Positions 1 through 14,713 of a DNA stretch of 64,000 bases are shown piece after piece. The stretch is from positions 186,001 through 250,000 of the IMG/VR virus record IMGVR_UViG_3300032675_000001; one strand, written 5' to 3'. Position numbers and translations under genes: made by a program. Under the pieces are notes generated by a model, which searched no databases, was not told the DNA's origin, and was given only the letters and a program-made list of their open reading frames with translations. The stretch's first letter is position 1; each line of letters opens with the position of its first letter.

Positions 1-2
1 AT

Positions 3-764
3 GTTCTTCAGACAGATGGAACTGGAAATCTTTCGTGGGTCTCCATAGGACAAGGTAATGGGATAGCCAACGGAAATTCAAACATAACTGCTGGGATCGC
101 CAATGGAAACATTACGGTATCAATTGGTGGAATTTCAAATACGGTAATATTCACCACCACCGGAGTCAATGTAGCTGGAAATCTCACTGTAGTTGGGAAC
201 ATAACCGATTCAAACACCGTCAGTGCAAACTATCTTATCTCTACTCAGGGGTGTGTTTCTGTATCACAAGGTGTTATTGCGGTAATAGGCAACAATGCTG
301 GTATTTTTAACACATTGACAGGAAATATTAATATTGGGACAGAAGCCAATGTTACGTTTGGTTCGCCAACAGGTAATGTTACTTCTCAAGGGACATTTAC
401 TGCTCCAAACATTGTAACCAGTGGAACGCTCAGTGCACAAAACATAACAGTTGGTGATCTCTATAGTGATAGAACGCCTATTACGGTAAGTGCTAATACA
501 GTTATAGATTCATTTCCTATCAGTGAGTACAGATCGGCAAAATACACAATTAATGCTAGTACTTCCGGTGGATATCAGGCACTCGAGGTCCTATTAATCC
601 ACGATAGTATAAATAGTATCACTACTGTTTATGGTAACTTAACTACCACCGGTTCTGATATTATAACGGTTGATTCAAGTATTAGCAGCAACGTAGTTCA
701 ACTTTTGGCTACTGCAACTGGCGGAACTACTACTGTAAATCTTTTGGGAACTTATGTTCCATGA
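3..764 (+). CDS. Tail fibre-like protein, 5'-partial (starts before the window)
   Basis: The frame of ORF 315..764 stays open back to position 3 (VLQTDGTGNLSW...GNSNI). Its C-terminal VIDSFP..RSAKY..GYQALEVLL domain is shared with the next gene. Confidence 0.75.
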   Translation, partial: VLQTDGTGNLSWVSIGQGNGIANGNSNITAGIANGNITVSIGGISNTVIFTTTGVNVAGNLTVVGNITDSNTVSANYLISTQGCVSVSQGVIAVIGNNAGIFNTLTGNINIGTEANVTFGSPTGNVTSQGTFTAPNIVTSGTLSAQNITVGDLYSDRTPITVSANTVIDSFPISEYRSAKYTINASTSGGYQALEVLLIHDSINSITTVYGNLTTTGSDIITVDSSISSNVVQLLATATGGTTTVNLLGTYVP

Positions 765-790
765 TGTCTGATGATCTAGGATGATATAAA

Positions 791-3700
791 ATGAGTACAA
801 AAAACTTTAACGTTAAAAACGGACTTACAGTAGGTGTTGCAAATATTGATGCCACAACTGGTAATACATATATTGGTAACTTAGTCACCAGTGGTCAGGC
901 GAATCTTGCTTCATTGGTTGTTCCCGGCACTTCAAATCTGGGTCCGATTGGTAATGTTACGATAACTGGTGGTTCATCTGGGTATTATCTTCAAACCAAT
1001 GGATCAGGTGGTCTTTCTTGGGCATCAGTTCCTACTGGCACTGGCATTTCTAATGGCAACTCCAATGTTAATATTCCTGTTGCCAACGGAAACGTAAACA
1101 TTTCGTCTGCTGGTAACGCTAATATTGTAGTAGTTACGGGCACTGGTGCAAACGTTAATGGATCATTAACAGTAAGTGGTGTTAGTAACTTAGGGCCAGT
1201 CAGTAACGTTGTTATCACAGGTGGTACATCAGGATACTATCTACAAACCAATGGATCAGGTGTTCTTTCTTGGCAACCCATTTCAGTTGGCACTGCACTC
1301 CAGAATGGTAATTCAAATGTTACTGTAACTGCTAACTCAAATGTCAATACTTCTGTTGCGGGTGTTGCTAACGTATTCGTAGTAACGAGTACCGGAGCAA
1401 ACCTGACAGGCACATTTAACACCACAGGTAATGCTAACGTAGGTAATTTGGGAACAGCCGGATTAATCACCGCAACAGGTAACGTCACTGGCGGCAACCT
1501 GACCACTGGTGGTATAGTTTCTGCAACAGGTAACGTCACTGGTGGAAACTTGACTACTGGCGGTATAGTTTCTGCAACAGGTAACGTCACTGGCGGCAAT
1601 ATTACTACTGCTGGACAGCTTGTTTCATCTGTTTCAACTGGTACTGCCCCACTTGTCGTTACATCAACAACACAGGTAGCAAACTTGAATGTCGCTACAG
1701 CCGGTACTGCAAGCAATGCTGGAAACGTTCAGGCCAACACCTCAACAAGTTCTACGGTATATTTAACTGGCACAACAAGTGCTACGAACGCATACGTTTC
1801 TTTGAACTTCGTATCTGGCATTTATGCCAATATGAGCAACAACTCAATTACTGCAACTCAGTTTGTTGGTACTCACATCGGTAACGTACAGGCCACTGGT
1901 GCAAATGGTACGGTATTCGCAAACAATGTAACTATATCAGGTGCAGCAGGTGGAAACAGTAACGTTTCTACTGTAACCGGTAACTTGGGCTTAAGAACTA
2001 TTGCTGCCACTTACACTGATACTACTGCTACATCAACTTCAACTATTGCTAATGCAGCTATCCATGCTATCGGCACTCCTACTTTGGCAGCAGCAAATAC
2101 TGCTATAACTGCAACTAATGCTGCCACATTCTACATTCAGGGTGCACCAGTAGCAACTGGTAACATGTCAATAACTAACCCATATGCATTGTTTGTGGGT
2201 GGTGGAAACAGCTATTTTGCTGGCGGCGCAAACATTATAGGTAATGCTAACGCAGGTAACATAGGCGCTGCAACTGGTGTGTTCTCTACAGCCGTCAACA
2301 CTGGCCTAGTTCAAAACGGCACTTCAAATATTACAATAGCATCTGGTGCAAACGTATCAACATTCATTGGTGGTAACTCAACTGCACAGATGGTAGTTAC
2401 ATCAACCGGCGTAAACGTTGCTGGATATACTACAGTTGCTGGAAATATCACTACAAGTGCTAACTTGATCACAAGTAATATTACAAGCACTGGTGCACTT
2501 ACGATCACATCTGGTGGCACTAATACCAATATTAACATTGCACCAATTGGTACTGGTAACATTACTGCAAATAATACTAACATCAATAACCTAAAAGACC
2601 CTGTACAGGCACAAGATGCTGCAACCAAGAACTATGTAGATACCACTGCACAAGGTCTTGATGTAAAGCAGGCAGTTGTAGTTGCAACTGCTACAACTCT
2701 TCCTTCGTATACGTATAATAATGGTTCAAGTGGTGTTGGTGCAACTCTTACTGCAACCACAAATGGCGCACTGTCTATAGATGGTGTTGCAGTTACTGTA
2801 AATTCTCGTGTTCTTATTAAGAATGAAGTAAGTGGAAACGCACCATATAATGGTATCTATAGTGTTACACAAACCGGTAATGCATCTGCTGTTTATATTC
2901 TAACACGTACCGCAGACTTTGATCTAAGCTCACCAAGCTCTGAAATTCCGGGTGCTTTCGTATTTGTAAACTCTGGTACAGTTAATCAGAATACAGGTTG
3001 GGTATGTACCACTACTTCACCCGTAACAGTAGGTACTACAGCAATCACGTTCACCCAGTTCTCAGGTGCTGGTACTTACACTGCTGGTACAGGGTTGACA
3101 CTTACTGGTTCTGTATTCAGTATCACTAACACTGCCGTCACAGCAGGAAGTTATGGTGGCGCATCTCAGGTTCCAACATTTACTGTGAACCAGCAAGGTC
3201 AGCTAACCGCAGCATCTAACGTAGCCGTTGTTGCTCCTGCTGGCACATTGTCTGGAACTACACTTAACTCAACTGTTGTCACATCAAGCTTGACTAGCGT
3301 TGGTACACTTGGAACATTGACTGTATCTGGTAATGCTAACGTTGGTAACATTGGCGCAACAGCAGGTGTGTTTACTGGTGCAGTTACCGGTGCAGCAAAT
3401 ATAACTGGTGCTAACTTAATTGCAAATACTGGCATATTTGCAGGAAACACTGCTTCCGGTAATATATTTATTGGATACGATAGTGCAAATTTAGCACTTG
3501 GAGAATTTGCAGGCAACGTTAACACTTACATTCAAGTGGCATTGTTTAATTCTAACGTAGGAAATCAAGCATCTGCTGACTTTGCTATTTACGATACTAA
3601 TGGTCCAACAAGTGTAACTAACAATTATATTGACATTGGTATTCTTGGTAACACATATAGCAATACATCTTGGACTATCAACGGCCCATCGGATGGTTAC

Positions 3701-5227
3701 GTATACACCGGTAATACCAATCTCTCAGTAGGTACTGCTGCTTCTAAATATATTAACTTCTTCACTGGAGGCACGTTAGCTGCTAATGAGCGTATGCGTA
3801 TTGATGCTAACGGCAATGTTGGCATTGGTAATACTTCTCCTACGAACAATCTTTCTGTTGCAGGTACGGCATTTATTTCTGGAAACGCTAACGTAGGTAA
3901 TATTGGTGCAACAAACGCTAACGTTACTGCTATAACCGTTTCTGCGAACGCCAATGTTGGTAACTTGGGTACTACTGGATTAATTACCGCAACAGGTAAC
4001 GTCACTGGTGGAAACTTGACTACTGGTGGTCTTGTATCAGCAACAGGTAACGTCACTGGTGGTAACTTGACAACTGGTGGTCTTGTATCAGCAACAGGTA
4101 ATGTCACTGGTGGAAACTTGACCACTAGTGGTCTAGCAAGCACAGGGTCACTTGTTGTTTCTGGAACTTCAAACCTAGGCCCAGTTGGCAATGTTACAAT
4201 AACTGGCGGTACAGCAGGTTATTACCTCCAAACAAACGGATCGGGTGTTCTCTCGTGGCAACCAATCTCTGCTGGATCAGCACTCGTAAGTGGTAATTCA
4301 AATGTCACTGTTGCTGCTAACGCAAACGTAAACATCAGTTCAAACGGTGTAGCTAACGTATTTGTAGTAACAAACACTGGCGTTAACGTTGCCGGTACAC
4401 TAAACGCAACTGGCAATGCTAACGTAGCTAACTTGGGCGTAACTAGTAACATAACTGTTGCCAACTTGACTGTATCCACATTCAGTAATTTGGGATCAAA
4501 CGCCAACGTTGTCATCACTGGTGGTACCAATGGTCAGTATCTACAAACAAATGGTTCTGGTGGACTTTCTTGGGCTACTATTAGTACAGCAGGCGTATCC
4601 AACGGAACTTCAAATATCAGTATTCCAGCAGTTAATGGAAACGTAAATACTTCTGTTGCTGGTAATGCTAACGTATTTGTGGTAACTGGCACTGGCGTAA
4701 ACGTTGCCGGAACGTTGAACGCAACTGGCAATGCTAACGTTGGTAATATTGGCGCTAACAACGCAGTATTTACTTTGGTAACTGGCACTTTAACAACTGC
4801 TGCACAACCAAATATTACTTCTGTTGGTACGCTAACATCATTGAATGTTAACGGCAATGCGAGCGCAAATTATTCTCTGTTAAGTGGAGGTATTGTATCT
4901 AATCGTACAAACGTAGCTGTAACCACTACTGCAACTGTAATTGATCAGTTCCCTCCTGCAACATTTAGAGTCGCCAAGTATATCATTATGGCATCTGGAA
5001 CTAATGGCTATCAAGCAAGCGAAATCTTGTTAGTGCAGGATGGTTCAAATGCATACATAACAGTATATGCTGATGTTATTTCCAATGCCACACCGGGTTC
5101 AGATGTCATTGATATTTCTGCAAATATCAACGGGGTATCTGGTAACGTCACATTGTATGCAGCAGCAAACGCAACTTTTGGTACAACTGCTAATGTTAAC
5201 GTAGTTCCATTGTACTTGAAACCATAA
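791..5227 (+). CDS. Long tail fibre protein, Gly/Asn/Thr/Val-rich (1478 aa)
   Basis: Recurrent YLQTNGSGxLSW and NGNSNV modules, ATGNVTGGNLTTGG repeats, and DAATKNYVD and ERMRIDANGNVGIG motifs typical of phage fibres. Confidence 0.8.
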   Translation: MSTKNFNVKNGLTVGVANIDATTGNTYIGNLVTSGQANLASLVVPGTSNLGPIGNVTITGGSSGYYLQTNGSGGLSWASVPTGTGISNGNSNVNIPVANGNVNISSAGNANIVVVTGTGANVNGSLTVSGVSNLGPVSNVVITGGTSGYYLQTNGSGVLSWQPISVGTALQNGNSNVTVTANSNVNTSVAGVANVFVVTSTGANLTGTFNTTGNANVGNLGTAGLITATGNVTGGNLTTGGIVSATGNVTGGNLTTGGIVSATGNVTGGNITTAGQLVSSVSTGTAPLVVTSTTQVANLNVATAGTASNAGNVQANTSTSSTVYLTGTTSATNAYVSLNFVSGIYANMSNNSITATQFVGTHIGNVQATGANGTVFANNVTISGAAGGNSNVSTVTGNLGLRTIAATYTDTTATSTSTIANAAIHAIGTPTLAAANTAITATNAATFYIQGAPVATGNMSITNPYALFVGGGNSYFAGGANIIGNANAGNIGAATGVFSTAVNTGLVQNGTSNITIASGANVSTFIGGNSTAQMVVTSTGVNVAGYTTVAGNITTSANLITSNITSTGALTITSGGTNTNINIAPIGTGNITANNTNINNLKDPVQAQDAATKNYVDTTAQGLDVKQAVVVATATTLPSYTYNNGSSGVGATLTATTNGALSIDGVAVTVNSRVLIKNEVSGNAPYNGIYSVTQTGNASAVYILTRTADFDLSSPSSEIPGAFVFVNSGTVNQNTGWVCTTTSPVTVGTTAITFTQFSGAGTYTAGTGLTLTGSVFSITNTAVTAGSYGGASQVPTFTVNQQGQLTAASNVAVVAPAGTLSGTTLNSTVVTSSLTSVGTLGTLTVSGNANVGNIGATAGVFTGAVTGAANITGANLIANTGIFAGNTASGNIFIGYDSANLALGEFAGNVNTYIQVALFNSNVGNQASADFAIYDTNGPTSVTNNYIDIGILGNTYSNTSWTINGPSDGYVYTGNTNLSVGTAASKYINFFTGGTLAANERMRIDANGNVGIGNTSPTNNLSVAGTAFISGNANVGNIGATNANVTAITVSANANVGNLGTTGLITATGNVTGGNLTTGGLVSATGNVTGGNLTTGGLVSATGNVTGGNLTTSGLASTGSLVVSGTSNLGPVGNVTITGGTAGYYLQTNGSGVLSWQPISAGSALVSGNSNVTVAANANVNISSNGVANVFVVTNTGVNVAGTLNATGNANVANLGVTSNITVANLTVSTFSNLGSNANVVITGGTNGQYLQTNGSGGLSWATISTAGVSNGTSNISIPAVNGNVNTSVAGNANVFVVTGTGVNVAGTLNATGNANVGNIGANNAVFTLVTGTLTTAAQPNITSVGTLTSLNVNGNASANYSLLSGGIVSNRTNVAVTTTATVIDQFPPATFRVAKYIIMASGTNGYQASEILLVQDGSNAYITVYADVISNATPGSDVIDISANINGVSGNVTLYAAANATFGTTANVNVVPLYLKP

Positions 5228-5303
5228 TGATAAGTAAAGGAGCGGGTATTTTCGTTTATACTCGCTCCTACATTAAATAAACGAAACAGGGATATATGGA
5301 ACT

Positions 5304-7634
5304 GTGACGACAAAAAATTTTACCGTTAAAAACGGACTTACAATAGGTGTCGCAAATATTGATGCCACAACAGGTAATGCTAATCTTGGTAACTTAGTTA
5401 CCAGTGGTCAGGCGAATCTTGCTTCATTGGTTGTTCCCGGCACTTCAAACTTAGGTTCAGTCGGTAACATCACAATAACTGGTGGTACATCAGGATACTA
5501 TCTCCAAACAAATGGGTCAGGTGGGCTTTCTTGGCAACCCATTTCAGTTGGTACTGCACTCCAGAATGGTAACTCAAATGTTACTGTAACTGCTAACTCA
5601 AATGTCAATACTTCTGTTGCTGGTGTTGCTAACGTATTTGTAGTAACAAGTACTGGGGTCAATGTCGCTGGAACTTTAAATGCAACAGGTAATGCTAACA
5701 CCGGTAACATCGGTGCAACATTTGGTGTATTTACTAACGTAAGCGGTAATGGTTCTACCCTATCATCTATAAATGGAGCAAATGTAACCGGTACTGTAGC
5801 TAACGCAACGTATGCAACGAGTGCTGGCTCCGCCACTAGTGCAACTACTGCTGGTACGGTAACCACAAATGCACAACCAAACATCACATCTGTTGGCACA
5901 CTGACTTCACTTGCTGTTACTGGAAATACAACTTCAAATAATTTTGTTGCAAGTACTACTAATATAGTTACTTCAAATGCAGTAACTATTCCTTCAGGAA
6001 CTGCCGTGGTATACGCCAGCCAGCAAGGAGGAAGAACTTATATTTCATACGATATGAACACATATCCTTCCTTGTACGAAGCAAGATTTGTCAATATCGG
6101 TACTAGTACTAATGTTCCAACTGGGGCTACCGGTGATGGTTATTGGTTTGGTATGGGAGCAGGAGATGTTGCCAGTAGGGGATATGATTTATTTGGTACT
6201 TCTGGAAATCAGTTCTTTGCTAGATCACGAGAAAATGGAAACGCAGGATGGATACAGCTAGCAAGTAACGTTAGCGGTACGGTATTAACTGCTAGTACAG
6301 TAACAACTAATGCCCAACCGAATATCACTAGTGCTACTAACTTAACAAGTATTGGTGCATTGGGTTCATTGACGGTTACTGGAAACGCCACTGTTGGTAA
6401 CTTGATAGGTCCTCACGCAAATGGAAACTCAAACGTAAGTATTCCTGTTGCCAATGGAAACATCAATTTAACAGCGGGCGGCAACGTAACACTAGTTGTT
6501 ACGCCGACCAATGTTAGCGTAACAGGAAGTACTGCTACTGTAATAGCAGACTCGGCTGCTACCGCCGATTCGGTTCTAATTTTAGAAGTAAAGAATGGTA
6601 CTCAAAATTTGGGTGTTATGGCTAATGCAAGTGCTGGTAGCTATAATCCATTGGTGGGTGTAAATGATATAACATTAGTAGGATCAAATAATTCTACCGG
6701 TGGTGAAGGTAATGTCAATATAAGTATAGTACCATGGTCAACTGGTTCAGGTGGTATTCGTATAATAACTACTAGCAACGTAACAACTGGCATAAACCTT
6801 GTAGCATCAACTACTACTATAACAGGTGTTGCAAACGTTACGGGAAATTTAAATGGTAGTAACATAGCCGCAGCTAATGGGACATTTGCTACTATAACTG
6901 GTACTACATTATCTTTTACTACAGTAAGTGGCACTACAGTAAATGCCGCCACACTAACTGGAGTTTTAACAACTAATGCACAGCCAAATATCACATCAGT
7001 AGGCACACTAACTTCATTATCGGTAACAGGTAATGCTAATGTTGGTAATTTGGGCACTACTGGACAGTTAATTTCAACAGTTGCAACTGGTACCGCTCCT
7101 TTAGTAGTATCTTCAACTACTCAAGTAAATAACCTAAATAGTCAGTATTTGAATGGTTTTACTTGGGCAATTCCTGCTGGTATAGGAACTACTACACCAA
7201 ACAGCGGTTCATTCACTACTCTAACGACAAGCGGTCTTACAACCCACAATGCTAACGTTGCAATGGGCAACAACTACATTACTTCACCAATCTTCAGTTG
7301 CTATAAAGAATATGTGAGTGCAATAACTATAAGTGGTTCTACGCAAACATTAGACTTATCTACCACTAACATTTTCAACATAACACTGACAGCAAATACT
7401 ACCCTATCGTTCATTAATCCACCTGCTGCTGGTATAGCTTACAGTTTCATGATATATTGTAAACAATACAATGTCGGAGGAAATACGATTACTTGGCCAT
7501 CATCAGTCAAGTTTCCAAATGGTTCTACTCCCTCATTGACTACCACTCAGAACTATATTGATATTCTGAATTTTTTCACACTTGATGGTGGTGTTACTTA
7601 TATTGGTGCACTATCACTGGCTAACGTTGCATAA
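5304..7634 (+). CDS. Tail fibre protein paralog (776 aa)
   Basis: N-terminus nearly identical to the 791 gene; AQPNITSVGTL repeats; C-terminal ITWPSSVKFP..DIL.F domain. Confidence 0.78.
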   Translation: MTTKNFTVKNGLTIGVANIDATTGNANLGNLVTSGQANLASLVVPGTSNLGSVGNITITGGTSGYYLQTNGSGGLSWQPISVGTALQNGNSNVTVTANSNVNTSVAGVANVFVVTSTGVNVAGTLNATGNANTGNIGATFGVFTNVSGNGSTLSSINGANVTGTVANATYATSAGSATSATTAGTVTTNAQPNITSVGTLTSLAVTGNTTSNNFVASTTNIVTSNAVTIPSGTAVVYASQQGGRTYISYDMNTYPSLYEARFVNIGTSTNVPTGATGDGYWFGMGAGDVASRGYDLFGTSGNQFFARSRENGNAGWIQLASNVSGTVLTASTVTTNAQPNITSATNLTSIGALGSLTVTGNATVGNLIGPHANGNSNVSIPVANGNINLTAGGNVTLVVTPTNVSVTGSTATVIADSAATADSVLILEVKNGTQNLGVMANASAGSYNPLVGVNDITLVGSNNSTGGEGNVNISIVPWSTGSGGIRIITTSNVTTGINLVASTTTITGVANVTGNLNGSNIAAANGTFATITGTTLSFTTVSGTTVNAATLTGVLTTNAQPNITSVGTLTSLSVTGNANVGNLGTTGQLISTVATGTAPLVVSSTTQVNNLNSQYLNGFTWAIPAGIGTTTPNSGSFTTLTTSGLTTHNANVAMGNNYITSPIFSCYKEYVSAITISGSTQTLDLSTTNIFNITLTANTTLSFINPPAAGIAYSFMIYCKQYNVGGNTITWPSSVKFPNGSTPSLTTTQNYIDILNFFTLDGGVTYIGALSLANVA

Positions 7635-7648
7635 AGGGATAATAGTAT

Positions 7649-11146
<3,498 letters not shown>

Positions 11147-11150
11147 TGTT

Positions 11151-11750
11151 ATGCTTAATGATATTACAGTGAAAAACAGATTTTTGCGATTGCAAGAAGT
11201 TCAACATGTCCCTGAAATAAAACTGTATCTAGCTGACACTGAATCTAACAGAAGAAACGCGAATGGTAGATATGATTGTTGGCCTTATGCTTGGGTAGGA
11301 GGACAGGCTCTCGCGAGATACATTATAGATAATCCCACAGTCGTAAAAGATAAAACTGTAGTTGATTTAGCATCAGGTTCTGGTATAGTAGCGATTGCAG
11401 CTAAACTTGCTGGTGCAAAAAAAGTCATAGCTATGGATGATTACGATCCCTGTATTGAATGCATCCATATAAATTCCAAAGCAAACAATGTGGATATTGA
11501 AATAGTTCAGTGTGATATTTTTAACTATTCGCCAACTGATGTGGATGTATTTTTAATAGGTGACCCGTTTTTAAATGAAAATCTGTTTGATCATCTAAAG
11601 CAGGCATTCAATCCTATAGTAGTAGGATGTCCTATACGAATGCCACACTACTCGTCTTATATATCAAATATAGTACAAACATACCAGCTAGAAACTAAAT
11701 TTGACGGTGAAGATGAATATGAAGTGTATGTTTGGCGGTTGAACGAATAA
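11151..11750 (+). CDS. Class I SAM-dependent methyltransferase, protein lysine MTase-like (ETFB-KMT/PrmA-like)
   Basis: WPYAWVGGQALARYI and VVDLASGSGIVAIAAK (motif I). ATG at 11151 follows the upstream stop. Confidence 0.8.
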   Translation: MLNDITVKNRFLRLQEVQHVPEIKLYLADTESNRRNANGRYDCWPYAWVGGQALARYIIDNPTVVKDKTVVDLASGSGIVAIAAKLAGAKKVIAMDDYDPCIECIHINSKANNVDIEIVQCDIFNYSPTDVDVFLIGDPFLNENLFDHLKQAFNPIVVGCPIRMPHYSSYISNIVQTYQLETKFDGEDEYEVYVWRLNE

Positions 11751-11806
11751 TTCAATGAATAGCCTATAGCATAAGTACACATATAATTGTAAGAAAGGAA
11801 CTATCT

Positions 11807-12133
11807 ATGATTGTTAGTATTGCAAATATTTACCTATATACAGGATTGACACCAACCGGTGGCAATGATTCTGCTTCGGTAATGCAATGGTTAGATCAAA
11901 ATAATATTCAATATACACATCTGTGGTATGGAGACCCGTCTCAACATCAATCAGTTTTTGATGCAGTCAATACATGGGGAATCGGTACATTTAGTGATTT
12001 TCCATTTGTGATATATGATGAAGTAGATGATAATGGTGCAACCCTTCAACAGGCACTAATTGGTCTTTCTGCTATAACAAGCAGTAATCTAGTAGAACTA
12101 TCGGCATTGGGTTCATCTTCCACGCCTAGTTAA
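11807..12133 (+). CDS. Hypothetical protein
   Basis: ORF with AAGGA RBS. Confidence 0.6.
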   Translation: MIVSIANIYLYTGLTPTGGNDSASVMQWLDQNNIQYTHLWYGDPSQHQSVFDAVNTWGIGTFSDFPFVIYDEVDDNGATLQQALIGLSAITSSNLVELSALGSSSTPS

Positions 12134-12134
12134 G

Positions 12135-12344
12135 ATGGGAGATGAGGTCAACATACAACGAATGATTTTAGTAATGCGGTGTTACGATAAACTGCCATTG
12201 CATCTAAGAGAATGGATAGCAGAATTGCATTTTAGTCTTCACGACGATCATATCCTTCGTGGCACCGCAGAAGTTGAAAGATGTAAAGCCTTCATTGAGT
12301 CTGGAGGTGTACATTATGAAAAACCAGGAAATGGACAGAATTGA
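12135..12344 (+). CDS. Hypothetical protein
   Basis: ORF packed between its neighbours. Confidence 0.5.
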   Translation: MGDEVNIQRMILVMRCYDKLPLHLREWIAELHFSLHDDHILRGTAEVERCKAFIESGGVHYEKPGNGQN

Positions 12345-13057
12345 TGTTCTCGTTTTTGAGAAAAAAAGAACCAAAGCTTGAGTTTCTCTGCTTTGATGAT
12401 GATTTAGGAAACATACCAGAACCGTATCCAGCAAGAAAATTGATGCCTGAATGGTACAAGGCATTGCCCATGAAACTGGGAAATGGATTTGAACAATCAA
12501 CACTTAAACGATGTCCGCCTTTTTTGGATGCAATGGTAACAGGGTGGATCATACCATTAGTGGCAGATGTAGAAATTATATCAAACCACGACTGTTCGCA
12601 CATTTCTTATGATACCAAATATCCTCGTCCTATGGTTGAGAATCACGGACAACTGCAAGTATCATCTGAAAAATGTCCAGCACCACACCTTCCTAAGCCA
12701 CCAGTGAAATGGATGAACTATTGGGCAATAAAGTGCCCTAAAGGGTATTCTCTTTTGTTTGTTCCTCCTCTCAACCGAGCAGATGAACGCTTTACGTGCT
12801 TTTCGGGATTAGTTGACTCTGATGGTTATTTTGAATTCATCAATTTTCCTTTTGTTTGGAACAAACCGAATGCACATGAAATTGTAACAGCGGGCACTCC
12901 CCTTATGCAGGTCATTCCAATCAAAAGAGACACACTGTTTACTAAACATGTAGTTCGCGGATTCACGGACGCAGATTACAAAGAATTGCGTGACACGCAT
13001 CGCAAACGTCAAAGCCATGAGTCTCATTACAGAGACTACATTTGGAATAAAAAGTAA
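12344..13057 (+). CDS. Conserved phage protein (DUF6065-like)
   Basis: TLKRCPPFLDAM..GWIIP and AGTPLMQVIP motifs, common beside phage 2OG oxygenases. Confidence 0.6.
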   Translation: MFSFLRKKEPKLEFLCFDDDLGNIPEPYPARKLMPEWYKALPMKLGNGFEQSTLKRCPPFLDAMVTGWIIPLVADVEIISNHDCSHISYDTKYPRPMVENHGQLQVSSEKCPAPHLPKPPVKWMNYWAIKCPKGYSLLFVPPLNRADERFTCFSGLVDSDGYFEFINFPFVWNKPNAHEIVTAGTPLMQVIPIKRDTLFTKHVVRGFTDADYKELRDTHRKRQSHESHYRDYIWNKK

Positions 13058-13653
13058 TGTCAGTATATCAACTCACTCCTCCACCGTCAATAGCGATTCC
13101 AGAAATAAACATTGCTACATGGCATGATGGTTTTTCAGATGAAGAACTTTCTAAAATAATTGAGATTGGAGATAGGCTTGCTATAAAAACGGCTACTGTT
13201 GGAAAAGATTCCGCAGTAAACAACGATATCAGGAAATCCAGCACGGGATGGATGCAGTTAACAAATGAAACTCAATTCATATATGATAAGTTGGGTTTCA
13301 TAGCGAGACAGCTAAATGGTCAATTTTTTGACTTTGACATTTGGGGTTTCGTAGAAGATTTGCAGTATACTATATATGAAGGAGATGGGGAGCACTATGC
13401 TTGGCATCTTGATAGAGGTGGAGCAACCTCAGACACGCCTCGTAAACTGTCAATGGTATTACAGTTGACGGACCCGAAAGAGTATGAGGGTGGAGAATTA
13501 GAAATTTTTGAAGGACCTACTCCTACAAAAATAAAGAGAGAAAAAGGCTTGATTTCTGCTTTCCCATCGTTTATACTACATAGAGTGACACCGGTCACAA
13601 AAGGTACCAGAAAGACACTAGTTGTTTGGTTAACCGGGCCGCGCTTCAAATAG
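13057..13653 (+). CDS. 2OG-Fe(II) oxygenase (PKHD/prolyl-4-hydroxylase-like)
   Basis: WHLD (HxD), RKLS, YEGGEL, HRVTPVTKGTR. Confidence 0.9.
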   Translation: MSVYQLTPPPSIAIPEINIATWHDGFSDEELSKIIEIGDRLAIKTATVGKDSAVNNDIRKSSTGWMQLTNETQFIYDKLGFIARQLNGQFFDFDIWGFVEDLQYTIYEGDGEHYAWHLDRGGATSDTPRKLSMVLQLTDPKEYEGGELEIFEGPTPTKIKREKGLISAFPSFILHRVTPVTKGTRKTLVVWLTGPRFK

Positions 13654-13661
13654 GATTTTAA

Positions 13662-14300
13662 ATGACTGATATACTTGATCAATGGCATTATTTTGCTTCA
13701 CCTGTGTATAGCATCAAGAAACTAGAATTTCTTGATATTGTACAGAAGGTAAGCAACGATGCGTTGCGTATACAGCGCAAACAGCAAAAGATGAATGAAA
13801 TATATCCGGTTATCCAAGCTGATATTTCTAATGCTGAAGCACTAAAAGAATTTCATGATTACGTAATCAATACTGCATGGAATCTATTGAATGATCAAGG
13901 ATATGCCATGGATGGGCAGTCAACGTACTTCACTGGAAGCTGGGTGCAAGAACATCACAAATATTCTTCAATGGAATATCATAATCACAATGATTGTCAA
14001 ATGGTAGCCTTTTATTTTGTAGAATGTCCAGTTGATCCTCCTAGGATGGTTATTCATGATCCAAGACCAGCAAAGACAATGGTTGATCTTCCGGAAGCCG
14101 ATGTGACCAATCTTACTATGGCTACTTCTACTATAAATTTCACACCTGAACCGGGTACATTGATGTATGCAAACTCTTGGCTACCACACAGCTTTACTCG
14201 TAATGCATCTACGAAACCTTTCAAGTTCATTCATATGAACATTGCTACTAGAGTACATAAGGAACCGGTCGTTTACCCTGCCACAGCGGAAATTATATGA
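13662..14300 (+). CDS. Putative 2OG-Fe(II) oxygenase (TIGR02466-like)
   Basis: HNH, HDPRP, PEPG..SWLPH. Confidence 0.75.
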   Translation: MTDILDQWHYFASPVYSIKKLEFLDIVQKVSNDALRIQRKQQKMNEIYPVIQADISNAEALKEFHDYVINTAWNLLNDQGYAMDGQSTYFTGSWVQEHHKYSSMEYHNHNDCQMVAFYFVECPVDPPRMVIHDPRPAKTMVDLPEADVTNLTMATSTINFTPEPGTLMYANSWLPHSFTRNASTKPFKFIHMNIATRVHKEPVVYPATAEII

Positions 14301-14713
14301 TAAGAAGATGCGGATCATGTCATAAATTCTGTGAGGGCCATCTTAGCGGAGAAGCAAATGGCTATTCATTTTGGAAAAGCAGAAAATGTCATTTTTTAAA
14401 CAAACACGGCTGTTCTATTTACGAAAACCGTCCAGACATACCATGTAAATCATACAAGTGTATGTGGCTTGAAGATGAGAAACAGGAGTTTCCAGAATGG
14501 ATGAAACCAGAAGAATCAAATGTTATTCTTACTTGGCGCGTTAAGGATGACATTGAATACGTAGAATTGCTTGAAGCAGGGGAAACAGTGAGGTCTGATG
14601 TTTTGAGTTGGGCTATTCAATATGCATTGAACAACGAGCTAAACATAAATTATCAAATAAACGGTGGTTGGAACAAAATAGGAAACCCGAAATTTTTGGA
14701 GACCGAAATCTAA
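14297..14713 (+). CDS. YkgJ-like cysteine-cluster (Zn/Fe-chelating) protein
   Basis: CGSCHKFC...CHFL...GCSIYENRP..C.SY.C.W. Confidence 0.7.
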   Translation: MIRRCGSCHKFCEGHLSGEANGYSFWKSRKCHFLNKHGCSIYENRPDIPCKSYKCMWLEDEKQEFPEWMKPEESNVILTWRVKDDIEYVELLEAGETVRSDVLSWAIQYALNNELNINYQINGGWNKIGNPKFLETEI

